DNA of 64,000 bases from assembly GCA_023667165.1 (NCBI GenBank), contig JAMPAO010000005.1, positions 19 to 64,018 of the forward strand, written 5' to 3'. This document shows positions 45,292 to 54,634 of the stretch, in pieces. A program made the position numbers and the translations under genes. A model generated the notes under the pieces. It saw only the letters and a program-made list of their open reading frames with translations, made no database searches and was not told the DNA's origin. Numbering within the stretch: the first letter of the stretch is position 1; each line of letters opens with the position of its first letter. This stretch comes from Ruminococcus sp. Its GTDB lineage: Bacteria; Bacillota; Clostridia; Oscillospirales; Ruminococcaceae.

Positions 45292-45789
45292 TTATCTGTT
45301 ATCCACCTTTTCGGGGTACATATCATGCTCGCACAAGCGGCGGTACGCCATTTCCTCGAATTTGGTACCCTTTCTGCCGTAGTTGCAGTAGGGATCTATG
45401 GATATCCCGCCTCTGGGGGTGAATTTTCCCCATACCTCGATATATTTTGGGTCTGTCAGCTTTATAAGGTCTTTCATGATGATATTAACGCAGTCCTCGT
45501 GAAAATCTCCGTGATTTCTGAAGCTGAAAAGATACAGCTTCAGCGATTTGGATTCCACCATTTTTATATCGGGGATATATGAAATATATATCGACGCGAA
45601 ATCGGGCTGCCCCGTAATGGGACACAGGCTTGTAAATTCGGGGCAGTTGAATTTCACAAAATAATCGTTTTCCCGATGCTTGTTGACAAAGGTTTCCAGG
45701 ACATGGGGAGCGTAATCGGCGGGATACTGCGTTTTCCCGTTTCCCAGCAGGCTTATGCCCTGCTTTTCCTCTGCGCTTCTGCCTTTCAT
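45292..45789 (-). CDS. queF: NADPH-dependent 7-cyano-7-deazaguanine (preQ0) reductase
   Basis: [43 protein letters not shown]. Start taken at ATG 45789 (GGAGA RBS, 165 aa); track start 45825 rejected. Confidence 0.9.
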   Translation of the reverse strand: MKGRSAEEKQGISLLGNGKTQYPADYAPHVLETFVNKHRENDYFVKFNCPEFTSLCPITGQPDFASIYISYIPDIKMVESKSLKLYLFSFRNHGDFHEDCVNIIMKDLIKLTDPKYIEVWGKFTPRGGISIDPYCNYGRKGTKFEEMAYRRLCEHDMYPEKVDNR

Positions 45790-45821
45790 GCAGCGATCTC
45801 CTTTCCTTGTTTGGGTTACGC

Positions 45822-46355
45822 TCATATATGCTCGTAACCCAAGCGGACAGCTTTAAGATTGTTTTCGATAAGCTGAGCCTTTTTCGGCGGAACGATCTTT
45901 TCCACAGCCGCTTTTATATCGTCAAGGGAAATTATACCCGTTTCCTTTATCAGCTTGCCCAAAAGGATAATATTAGCTCCGCCCTTCAGTCCGCTGTCCT
46001 CCGCAAGCCTTGTGGCGGGGAGCCTAAAGGTCTTTATATCGGTGCGGTTCGTATCCGAATCGACGAGTGTGCTGTCCACAAAAGCAAAACCCCCGGGTTT
46101 TACCGTATCTATGTATTTGACAAAGGACGGCTCGTTCATGACTATCAGTATATCCGGCTCGTCCACTATGGGAGAGCCTATGGCGCTGTCGGAAAGGCAT
46201 ACCGAGCAGTTGCACGTGCCTCCGCGCATTTCCGGACCGTAGCAGGGCATCCATGATACTTCTCTGCCCGCAAGCATTCCGCAGTATGCAAGCACCTTTC
46301 CCGCAAACAGTATTCCCTGTCCGCCGAAGCCTGCCAGCTCTATTTCGCTTGTCAT
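45822..46355 (-). CDS. 2-oxoacid:ferredoxin oxidoreductase, gamma subunit
   Basis: 177 aa. [20 protein letters not shown]. Last gene of the delta-alpha-beta-gamma set. Confidence 0.85.
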   Translation of the reverse strand: MTSEIELAGFGGQGILFAGKVLAYCGMLAGREVSWMPCYGPEMRGGTCNCSVCLSDSAIGSPIVDEPDILIVMNEPSFVKYIDTVKPGGFAFVDSTLVDSDTNRTDIKTFRLPATRLAEDSGLKGGANIILLGKLIKETGIISLDDIKAAVEKIVPPKKAQLIENNLKAVRLGYEHI

Positions 46356-46356
46356 C

Positions 46357-47109
46357 TTACTCGACCTCCTTTTGCGCTGTAACGTCCTTGTATACTCCCA
46401 GCGGATAATAGGGGATCATCTCGGTCTTGACCCGTTCCATAGCCTGCACGGGACTCATTCCCCAGTTGGTGGGGCAGGTGGAAAGCACCTCGATAAGAGA
46501 GAAACCAAGCTTTGCCTTTTGTATCTCAAAACCCTTGCGGATCGCTTTTTTTACGCCGGCGATATGAGCGGGGGAATCAGCCGCCGTTCTTTCGGCGTAT
46601 GCCGTGCCGGTGAGGGTTGATACCAGCTCGCATACTTTTACGGGGTATCCCGCGATGGCGGGATCTCTTCCGAAAGGCGTTGTCTGAGTTACCTGTCCGG
46701 GCAGCGTGGTGGGCGCCATCTGACCGCCTGTCATACCGTAAATTGTATTGTTGATGAATATTACTGTGATATTTTCGCCTCTTGTGGCGGCGTGAACGGT
46801 TTCGCAGGTGCCTATGGCGGCAAGATCGCCGTCGCCCTGATAGGTGAATACGAACTTGTCCGGCATGGAGCGTTTCACTCCCGTTGCCACTGCGGGCGCT
46901 CTTCCGTGAGCGGCTTCTATCATATCGCAGGCGAAATAATCATATGACGTAACGGCGCAGCCTACGGGACAGATCCCGACAGTATCGCCCTCTATGCCCA
47001 TTTCGTCCATTACCTCCGCTGCGAGCCTGTGTATTATGCCGTGTGTGCAGCCGGGACAGAAATGCATACTTACGTCCTCAAGGGCGTGAGGTCTTGTATA
47101 TACAGCCAT
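46357..47109 (-). CDS. 2-oxoacid:ferredoxin oxidoreductase, beta (TPP-binding) subunit
   Basis: FCPGCTHG, GDGDLAAIG; 250 aa. Confidence 0.88.
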   Translation of the reverse strand: MAVYTRPHALEDVSMHFCPGCTHGIIHRLAAEVMDEMGIEGDTVGICPVGCAVTSYDYFACDMIEAAHGRAPAVATGVKRSMPDKFVFTYQGDGDLAAIGTCETVHAATRGENITVIFINNTIYGMTGGQMAPTTLPGQVTQTTPFGRDPAIAGYPVKVCELVSTLTGTAYAERTAADSPAHIAGVKKAIRKGFEIQKAKLGFSLIEVLSTCPTNWGMSPVQAMERVKTEMIPYYPLGVYKDVTAQKEVE

Positions 47110-48176
47110 TATACCGATTCCTCCTTTGCGGTGATCCTTATTTGCTCAAGAATTTCCGCAGGCTTGGGGATCATGCCCCCGGTGCGTCCGTAGAAGCGCA
47201 CGGGTCTGCGGCAGCTTATTGCCAGCTTTACGTCGTTTACCATCTGACCCATTGAAAGTTCCACGTCAAGAAAAGCCTTGGCGGTGTTTGCGGCGTCGGC
47301 GTATGTCTTTTCGGGGAACGGCCAAAGGGTGACGGGTCTTATCATGCCCGCCTTTATGCCCTCGGCTCTGGCGGCGTTCACCGCAGAGCGGATAACTCTC
47401 GCCGACGCTCCGTAGCCTGTTACGATGATATCCGCGTCGGAAGTAAGATACTCCTCCGCCTCGGGCAGCTCCGCCTTTACCGTATCATACCGCTTGAAAC
47501 GCTCTATGTTTGACTGCTCCAGCTCCTCCGGCTTCAGATACAGAGAATTTACTATATTGTGCTTTCTTTTGTTTTGGTGACCCGTACACGCCCATGGCTT
47601 TTCGGGAGCGTTTCCGATATTTTCGGGAAGTCTGACAGGCTCCATCATCTGACCCATAAGACCGTCGGAAAGTATCATGGCGGGCATACGGTATTTGTCC
47701 GCGTTTTCAAAGGCTCTCACCGTCAGATCCGCCATCTCCTGGACGGAGGAGGGCGCGTATACCAGTATTGAAAAATCTCCGTGGCCTCCCGCCTTTGTGG
47801 CAAGGTAATAATCCGATTGGGCAGGCTGTATGCCGCCCAGTCCCGGACCTCCCCTCTGCACGTTCACTATAACGCAGGGCAGGTCGCAGCCTGCCGCGTA
47901 GGAAATGCCCTCGGATTTAAGGGATATTCCCGGGGAGGATGAAGAGGTCATGGCTCTCACTCCGCTTGCCGCCGCACCGTAAACCATGTTTATTGCGGCT
48001 ATCTCGCTTTCAGCCTGTAAAAACACGCCTCCGCAGGCGTTCATGCGCTTTGCCATATATGCGGCGATCTCGGTCTGCGGCGTGATGGGGTAGCCGAAAT
48101 AGCATTTGCAGCCGGCTCTTACGGCAGCCTCCGCAAGAGCCTCGTTGCCTTTCATAAGCATTCTTTCGTCGGACAA
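47109..48176 (-). CDS. 2-oxoacid:ferredoxin oxidoreductase, alpha subunit (KorA/VorB-like)
   Basis: MKGNEALAEAAVRAGCKCYFGYPITPQTE; 355 aa. Confidence 0.88.
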   Translation of the reverse strand: MSDERMLMKGNEALAEAAVRAGCKCYFGYPITPQTEIAAYMAKRMNACGGVFLQAESEIAAINMVYGAAASGVRAMTSSSSPGISLKSEGISYAAGCDLPCVIVNVQRGGPGLGGIQPAQSDYYLATKAGGHGDFSILVYAPSSVQEMADLTVRAFENADKYRMPAMILSDGLMGQMMEPVRLPENIGNAPEKPWACTGHQNKRKHNIVNSLYLKPEELEQSNIERFKRYDTVKAELPEAEEYLTSDADIIVTGYGASARVIRSAVNAARAEGIKAGMIRPVTLWPFPEKTYADAANTAKAFLDVELSMGQMVNDVKLAISCRRPVRFYGRTGGMIPKPAEILEQIRITAKEESV

Positions 48177-48208
48177 TTTATTTCATTCCTTTCCTGTGTC
48201 GATTTGCT

Positions 48209-48415
48209 TTACTTTTCAACTTCTATCGCGCAGTCGGGGCATACCGTAAAGCACAGCGCGCAGCCTATGCATTTGCTTTCGTCGCTGCATTCCGCGGGAC
48301 AGTAACCCTTTGCCGTTCTGATATCCTTTCGGATAACGATGATCTTTTTCGGACAGACAGAAACGCACAGAGAGCAGCCCTTGCAGCGCTCCCTGTTCAC
48401 AGTCATTTTAGCCAT
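48209..48415 (-). CDS. 4Fe-4S ferredoxin-type delta subunit of the oxidoreductase
   Basis: Two CxxCxxCxxxCP motifs (CKGCSLCVSVCP, CIGCALCFTVCP). 68 aa from ATG 48415 (GGGAG RBS); longer track start rejected. Confidence 0.85.
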   Translation of the reverse strand: MAKMTVNRERCKGCSLCVSVCPKKIIVIRKDIRTAKGYCPAECSDESKCIGCALCFTVCPDCAIEVEK

Positions 48416-48458
48416 ATGTACACTCCCTTGCCGCAGGGATCGGAATAAGGCTGTATCC

Positions 48459-49127
48459 TTACATTTCCGTATCCCATACATTTTTAATATATATTTCAAC
48501 GGGGAAAAACTTATCCCCGGAAATTTCCCTGCATTTTCTTATTTTTGGGAACGTATGGCAGAATACGGGCAGTCCTGTCAGCTCCGAGATCCTTTCCGCA
48601 TACGCCGTTCCCTCCGCGATGATCCTTTCGTCCGTTTCAAAGCCCAGATTGGTGTTGTTTACTATGCCCGTTGCTCTTAAACCGCAGGCGTTCTCTATCT
48701 CTCTCATAGCCGCTTCCGCCTCGCGGGGGGTGCGGGTCAGAAAACGCCGGCAGTTGACTACGTAAAGTATTTCCGTTTCATCGGTACGCTCACGAAGAAA
48801 TTCCCTGTATTTTCCCAAGGGATAAGCGCCCGCCTCATCTCCGCCCAGGTCGATCACCAAATTCGCGCCGCTGCCGTAAAGGGCGGGTATATCGTAATCC
48901 AGCACGGGCACGTCAAGATTGCTCCCGGCATACATGGGCGAGATCAGGCGCACGCCTTTTTCGCGGAATACCGTTTCCAGATCTGCTGTGCGGTAATAGG
49001 GATTGACCGTGTCCATATCCGCAACAGCAGCTTCAAAACCCTCTTCCGCGCATTTTACGGCGTAATTTGCGGCAAAGGTGGATTTGCCGCTGCCATAATG
49101 GCCGCATATTACCGTGATCCTTTTCAA
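48459..49127 (-). CDS. P-loop NTPase of unknown function
   Basis: MKRITVICGHYGSGKSTFAANYA (Walker A GxxGSGKST); 222 aa. Immediately upstream of the oxidoreductase operon. Confidence 0.6.
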   Translation of the reverse strand: MKRITVICGHYGSGKSTFAANYAVKCAEEGFEAAVADMDTVNPYYRTADLETVFREKGVRLISPMYAGSNLDVPVLDYDIPALYGSGANLVIDLGGDEAGAYPLGKYREFLRERTDETEILYVVNCRRFLTRTPREAEAAMREIENACGLRATGIVNNTNLGFETDERIIAEGTAYAERISELTGLPVFCHTFPKIRKCREISGDKFFPVEIYIKNVWDTEM

Positions 49128-49131
49128 ATAA

Positions 49132-50793
49132 TCACCCTGCCTCTACCGAGATGATATAGTAGTATACGGGCTGACCTCCGTTTATAAAATTGACGTCAAG
49201 ACCGGACAGCTTGGAGCGGATTATCTTTTCAAGCTCTTCCGCCCTGTCCTTTGTGATATCGCCGCCGTACATGACGGTGACAAATTCCGCGCTGCCCTTC
49301 AGGTTTTTGACGAGCTTGCGTACGAGCTTGTATGCCGCCCTTGTAACGTCCCTGTCGATAAAGGACAGCCGTCCGTTTTCAAGGGCAAGGATATCGCCCG
49401 ATCTTATTTCGTGTCCGCTGAAGCTGCTGTCCCGCGCGGCAAAGGTCACAAGACCCGACTGCACTTTTTCCGCCGCAATGGTCATGTTCATGCGGTTGGC
49501 GTCAAGATCCAGATCGGGGTCGAAGTTCATCATGGCTGACATTCCCTGAGGGACGGACGTAGTTCTCAGCACGCACATTGTCTTTTCCGACAGCTTCATC
49601 GCCTGCTCCGCCGCCATGATGATGTTCTTGTTATTGGGCAGGATAAAGACCGTTTCGGCGGGAACGGAATATACGGCTCTCAGAATATCGTCCGCAGAGG
49701 GATTCATGGTCTGACCGCCCTTTACTATGCGGTCCGCGCCCAGATCCCTGAACATACTCTCAACGCCGTTTCCGTTTGCCACGGCGACAAAGCCGAAGCG
49801 CTTTTCGGGAGGAACGGGAACGGGTTTTTCGTTTGCGGCTTTTTTCTCCGCAGTCCGCTTTTCTCTTTGCAGACGCATATTGTCTATCTTTATATTGCAC
49901 AGAGAGCCGAAAGTAAGTCCCTTTTCAATGGCAAGTCCCGGATTGTCGGTGTGTACGTGGACCTTTATTATGTCGTCGTCGTCGACTACCACAACACAGT
50001 CGCCCACAGTACTCAGATATGTCCTTAATTCCGCAGGGGGAGCGGCGTTTTCCTTTACGTTCACGATAAATTCCGTGCAGTAGCCGTAGGTTATCTCCGC
50101 GCTGTCGTCGTCTTTGACGGCAAAGGAATACTTATCCTCGGAGGCTGCGCGGAGACTCGGAGCGGCGGTTCTCGGCTCGCCCCTGAACGCTCTGAGCATT
50201 TCCTTGAAAATTATGACAAGACCCTTTCCGCCCGCGTCGACCACCCCCGCTTTTTTGAGGATGGGGAGCTGCTCCGGGGTTTTTTCCAGCGCCGCTTCCG
50301 CCGCCTTGCATACGTCCGACCACAGCGCTATGGGGTCGTTTGTGAGGAATGATACCTTTCTTGCCTTTTCCGCGCTTGCCCTCGCAACGGTCAGTATAGT
50401 ACCCTCGACCGGCTTCATTACCGACTTGTAAGCCGCCTCCACGCCTGCTTCCAGCGCGTTGGCAAGATCGTCGCAGCCTGCCAGGCTTTTTCCCGCAAGA
50501 CCCTTTGAAAAACCCTTGAACAGCAGGGAGGTTATTACTCCCGAATTGCCCCTTGCGCCCCTCAGCATTGCCGACGCGGCGCAGGAAGCCACACTGTCTA
50601 TATCCTCGCTGTCGCTTAAACCCTGAAGCTCGTTCATGGCGTTTGACAGGGTAAGGGACATATTTGTACCGGTATCGCCGTCGGGTACGGGATAAACGTT
50701 AAGCTCGTCCACCTGTTTTTTCATATCCGACAGGGTAAGCGAAGCCGAAATAATCGAAGCTTTAAGCATTTTGCCGCTGATCAACGAAATCAT
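49132..50793 (-). CDS. yloV: DAK2 domain fusion protein YloV
   Basis: LNVYPVPDGDTGTNM; 553 aa with a DegV-like C-terminal half. Confidence 0.85.
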   Translation of the reverse strand: MISLISGKMLKASIISASLTLSDMKKQVDELNVYPVPDGDTGTNMSLTLSNAMNELQGLSDSEDIDSVASCAASAMLRGARGNSGVITSLLFKGFSKGLAGKSLAGCDDLANALEAGVEAAYKSVMKPVEGTILTVARASAEKARKVSFLTNDPIALWSDVCKAAEAALEKTPEQLPILKKAGVVDAGGKGLVIIFKEMLRAFRGEPRTAAPSLRAASEDKYSFAVKDDDSAEITYGYCTEFIVNVKENAAPPAELRTYLSTVGDCVVVVDDDDIIKVHVHTDNPGLAIEKGLTFGSLCNIKIDNMRLQREKRTAEKKAANEKPVPVPPEKRFGFVAVANGNGVESMFRDLGADRIVKGGQTMNPSADDILRAVYSVPAETVFILPNNKNIIMAAEQAMKLSEKTMCVLRTTSVPQGMSAMMNFDPDLDLDANRMNMTIAAEKVQSGLVTFAARDSSFSGHEIRSGDILALENGRLSFIDRDVTRAAYKLVRKLVKNLKGSAEFVTVMYGGDITKDRAEELEKIIRSKLSGLDVNFINGGQPVYYYIISVEAG

Positions 50794-51012
50794 CCTCTCA
50801 AGCAGGATGTGAATTTTATAAATAAATGCACATTATCCGCAAAAAAATCATATAAAAAACATTATATCACATTATTATTATAATTTCCACAGTAATTAAT
50901 GAATAATTATAAACAATTACGGCAATTTATGGATATAAACGCAGCTTTTCCCGAAGCCTGTTACAAAATAAAATCAAAAAAACACAAATTAATTACAAAA
51001 CAGAGCAAACGG

Positions 51013-51041
51013 TTGAAATCGGCAAAAAAATATGGTACAAT
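51013..51041 (+). promoter_or_regulatory. sigma-A promoter candidate for the FN3 protein gene
   Basis: TTGAAA (51013-51018), 17-nt spacer, TGgTACAAT (TACAAT 51036-51041). Confidence 0.55.
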
Positions 51042-51104
51042 AATCATGGGCAAGAAAATTATGCTTTGAAAATATTCAACCGTTTCCCGAAAGGAGTAAT
51101 ATTT

Positions 51105-52286
51105 ATGAAATATTTCAAAAAAATAGCGGCGTCCATGCTCGCGGTCATCGCGGTAACGGCGTCCTCGGTTCCGGCGCTTGAAGGCTTCGGAGCGCCTGCG
51201 GTATGCGCGGTGAATACCGATTATGCGAATTTTGCCACGTATTCCTACGCAAAAAATGTCAGTCCCGTTCCCTACAGGAACTGCGTAAAAATAAGCTGGA
51301 CCGCGGAGGATATGGCGGATTATTACCTGATACAGATATGCAGGACCGACGGTACAAAGGTCAGCACGGTGCGCGCCGCAAAGGGAGAAACGTCCGTTGT
51401 ATATGCCTATTCCGCGCTGCCCTTGGGCAGGGATATCAACGGAAAGACCGTTGACACCGTATATGCCGTAAGCGTCGTCGCCGTGACCGGCAATGTTATC
51501 GAGGAAAATATAGTTCCGTTCATCGACAGCTCGGCGCAGTTTACGCTCAAGCAGGATATGAGCGGATACGAAAGCTACGGCGCGCCGAAGAACATAAAGG
51601 CAAAGTGCGGTCAGAACAGCGTTACCCTTAGCTGGGAAAACTCCGCGTCGGACGGCGCGTATACAAACACTTTCAGAGTAAAGCTCACCGACAGCGCGGG
51701 CAAGACCGTGGCTTACATTGATACAAAGGCCACGTCCGTCACCGTAAACGGTCTGCTTTACGGCAACACATACACCGCCGCCATTACAAACGTTACATAC
51801 GACGCTGCGGTTTATGCAAGCATTACCGTCAAACCCTCGGAAACGGGATCCTCCGTGTCGGTTTCGGGCAGCGAAACGGCGCAGCCGATAGCGTCCGCCT
51901 CCTCCTCTTCCGTTCCCGTAATGGAGATGCCCGCCGACTTGAATAATACCGCCGTTCTCTCTTCTCCGAAAAATCTCAAGGCTGTAAGCGGAGTTAAAAA
52001 GATCACTCTTTCATGGGATAAGGTGTCCGGCGCGGACGGATACAGAGTTTACATCTACGACGAAGCGAAGCAGGCTTACGTCAGATACAAGACAGTCCGT
52101 TCAAACAGATGCACCGTAACCGGTCTTGTGGGCGAAAAGGACTATAAGTTCCGCGTTGCGGGCGTGGTCTACAACAAATCCACGGGCAAGTATTCTCCGG
52201 GTTATGCGTGCAAGGCGATAACCGCGCGTTCCGTGGGAAGCGGAGAGCTTCACTACGTTCCCGCTCAGAACAAGTATTCCGAATAA
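51105..52286 (+). CDS. secreted protein with fibronectin type III-like repeats
   Basis: Signal peptide MKYFKKIAASMLAVIAVTASSVPA. FN3-like segments (VTLSWEN..; ITLSWDKVSGADGYRVYIYD..YKFRVAGV). AAAGGAG RBS upstream of ATG 51105. Confidence 0.7.
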   Translation: MKYFKKIAASMLAVIAVTASSVPALEGFGAPAVCAVNTDYANFATYSYAKNVSPVPYRNCVKISWTAEDMADYYLIQICRTDGTKVSTVRAAKGETSVVYAYSALPLGRDINGKTVDTVYAVSVVAVTGNVIEENIVPFIDSSAQFTLKQDMSGYESYGAPKNIKAKCGQNSVTLSWENSASDGAYTNTFRVKLTDSAGKTVAYIDTKATSVTVNGLLYGNTYTAAITNVTYDAAVYASITVKPSETGSSVSVSGSETAQPIASASSSSVPVMEMPADLNNTAVLSSPKNLKAVSGVKKITLSWDKVSGADGYRVYIYDEAKQAYVRYKTVRSNRCTVTGLVGEKDYKFRVAGVVYNKSTGKYSPGYACKAITARSVGSGELHYVPAQNKYSE

Positions 52287-52305
52287 CGCAGCGAAAGCGT
52301 TTTTT

Positions 52306-52343
52306 CAATGCCGCCGGAGTTTTTTCCGGCGGCATTGATTTTG
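52306..52343 (+). terminator. intrinsic terminator after the FN3 gene
   Basis: CAATGCCGCCGGA (52306-52318), T-rich loop, TCCGGCGGCATTG (52325-52337), then ATTTTGT. Confidence 0.75.
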
Positions 52344-52512
52344 TCTGCGGACGGTTGGCGGCGCCGGAAAATTGCTCCGCTGATTTTACATATATTTAAT
52401 ATAATCGACATAATAATATAACAAGTATACGCCATACTCTGATGTATAATAATAACATATATATAAAATCTTCACTTTTCGATGAAATAATACAAAAGAG
52501 AGGGTACATATA

Positions 52513-54489
52513 ATGGCAAAGAGAAAAACAATACGCCAAAGGATAATACGCAGCGCGCTGCTTATCGCGCTCATTCCGCTGGTGATCCTTGCAGCGTCCA
52601 ATATGGGTTCCACTGTGGTCATCATCAAAAGCATAGTGAGAACCAACGTGCAGAAAATGATGGAGCTTGCATCCGGCAGCGTGACGTGGGAGCTGGACGA
52701 TTACATAAACATTGCCGCCGATATGGGAACTACGGTTCTCATGGGCAGCGACTCCACTACCGACGAAAGGCGCGCAGAGATACTTGCCGACAAGGCAGCC
52801 ATGCACGATCTGGAGAGAGGCAACTACATCCATCTCGACGGCTCGGGTATTGACGGCAACAACTACAGCGACAGAGAGTATTTCCAGCAGAGCCTTAAGG
52901 GAAATACATGGGTGTCCGAGCCTGTGGTTTCCAAGGTCACCGGAAAGCTGACGATCATCATTTCCGCCCCCGTCTGGAAGGACGGCAAGCAGGGTACGGA
53001 GGTCGTAGGCGTTTGTTACTTTGTACCTCACGAGGAATTCCTCAATGATATGATGCGAGAGCTTAAAGTAAGCGACAACAGCGACGCGTATATAATCGAC
53101 AAGAACGGCAATACCATTGCAGCTACCGATATATCGAGAATAAAGAATGCCGAGAACATTGAGGACAACGCCTTGTCCGATCCCAACATCAAGGCACAGG
53201 CGGAGATACACTCGAAAATGAGAGCGGGCGAGTCGGGGTTTGAGGAGGCTGTTATCAACAACGAACAGCACTACATGGCTTATGCTTCTCTTGCCAATAC
53301 CAACGGCTGGTCTTTGGCTGTACACGCACCCGAAAACGACTTTTTCAGCCTTATGAGAATATCCCTTATAATTACAGTGGGTGTAATGATTATAGGCGCA
53401 ATAGGCACGGTAATTTCAGCCACAAAGCTGGGCAACAGGATAGGCGAGCCGGTTCAGAAAATCACAAAGAGATTGGTGCAGCTCGCTTCCGGAGATCTTT
53501 CCACTCCCGCTCCCGTTATAGAGGATCAGACGGAGGTCGGGATCCTTGCGGAGGAAACCAATATCCTTATAAACAATCTGAATAACATTATCAACGACAT
53601 GAAGCGGGTCATGGGTCAGCTTGCGGACGGCAATCTTGCCATAAAAGCCGACGAGGGCATAGAGCTTTATGTGGGAGATTTCAGACAGCTCGTTATGGAT
53701 ACGTCGAAAATGGCTGTGGATCTGAGAGGATCCATCAGACAGATCAACGACAGTGCAGGTCAGGTGGATTCAAGCGCGGGTCAGCTTTCAAACGGCGCGC
53801 AGGCTATCGCCCAGGGCGCAACGCAGCAGGCTTCCACTATAGACGATCTTGCGGAAATGCTCCATGATATTTCCGGTCACGTAAACGCCAACCAGGACAA
53901 CTGCAACAAGGCAAAGGAGCTTTCCGATGCCGCAAAGGAAAACGTAAAGACCGCTTCGAACAAATCCGCACAGCTTCATGACGCTATTTCGGATATCCGC
54001 AAGGCGTCCGAGAGCATTTACAAGATCATGCAGACTATCGACGATATAGCGTTCCAGACGAATATACTCGCCCTTAATGCCGCAGTCGAGGCGGCAAGAG
54101 CGGGAACAGCCGGCAAGGGATTTGCGGTAGTCGCAGACGAGGTAAGAAGCCTTGCTTCAAAGTCCTCCGACGCCGTAAAAGAGTCCTCAAAGCTCATCAC
54201 GCAGTCCAACAATTCCGTTAAGAGAGGCGTTGCCATAGCGGACGAAATGGCGGAGGCAATGCTTGCGGTGGATAAGTGTACGGGTGAGGTTTCAAGCATT
54301 GTAGATCTCGTTGCCGAGGCAGGCATAGAGCAGGCAAGCAACATTGAAAAGATCACCGTGGGTATCGATCAGATCGCTGCGGTAATCCAGAACAACACAG
54401 CTACGGCGGAAGAAACTGCCGCAGCTTCCGAGGAGCTTAACAGCCAGGCAAGTCTGCTTAATGAAATGGTCGGATTCTACAGCATATAA
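52513..54489 (+). CDS. methyl-accepting chemotaxis protein (Cache-type sensor, HAMP, MA domain)
   Basis: 658 aa with two TM segments. Highly conserved signalling hairpin IDDIAFQTNILALNAAVEAARAGTAGKGFAVVADEVRSLA. Confidence 0.92.
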   Translation: MAKRKTIRQRIIRSALLIALIPLVILAASNMGSTVVIIKSIVRTNVQKMMELASGSVTWELDDYINIAADMGTTVLMGSDSTTDERRAEILADKAAMHDLERGNYIHLDGSGIDGNNYSDREYFQQSLKGNTWVSEPVVSKVTGKLTIIISAPVWKDGKQGTEVVGVCYFVPHEEFLNDMMRELKVSDNSDAYIIDKNGNTIAATDISRIKNAENIEDNALSDPNIKAQAEIHSKMRAGESGFEEAVINNEQHYMAYASLANTNGWSLAVHAPENDFFSLMRISLIITVGVMIIGAIGTVISATKLGNRIGEPVQKITKRLVQLASGDLSTPAPVIEDQTEVGILAEETNILINNLNNIINDMKRVMGQLADGNLAIKADEGIELYVGDFRQLVMDTSKMAVDLRGSIRQINDSAGQVDSSAGQLSNGAQAIAQGATQQASTIDDLAEMLHDISGHVNANQDNCNKAKELSDAAKENVKTASNKSAQLHDAISDIRKASESIYKIMQTIDDIAFQTNILALNAAVEAARAGTAGKGFAVVADEVRSLASKSSDAVKESSKLITQSNNSVKRGVAIADEMAEAMLAVDKCTGEVSSIVDLVAEAGIEQASNIEKITVGIDQIAAVIQNNTATAEETAAASEELNSQASLLNEMVGFYSI

Positions 54490-54506
54490 CAGGACATAAA
54501 AATTAT

Positions 54507-54542
54507 CGCTGCGGGCAAGGTTCCTTGCCTGCAGCGTTTTTT
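54507..54542 (+). terminator. intrinsic terminator after the MCP gene
   Basis: CGCTGCGGGCAAGG (54507-54520) pairs with CCTTGCCTGCAGCG (54523-54536) with one mismatch, followed by TTTTTT. Confidence 0.75.
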
Positions 54543-54573
54543 ATACAGTTCTTCTAAATCGTGCGGAAACGCG

Positions 54574-54616
54574 GGTACGTATCATTTTGAGCCTGTATCA
54601 CGGCATGATACGTACC
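54574..54616. terminator. 12-bp perfect hairpin downstream of the minus-strand SLH gene
   Basis: GGTACGTATCAT (54574-54585), 19-nt loop, ATGATACGTACC (54605-54616). The U-tract is weak on the minus strand. Confidence 0.4.
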
Positions 54617-54634
54617 TTTCATTTCCTTTGAGGA

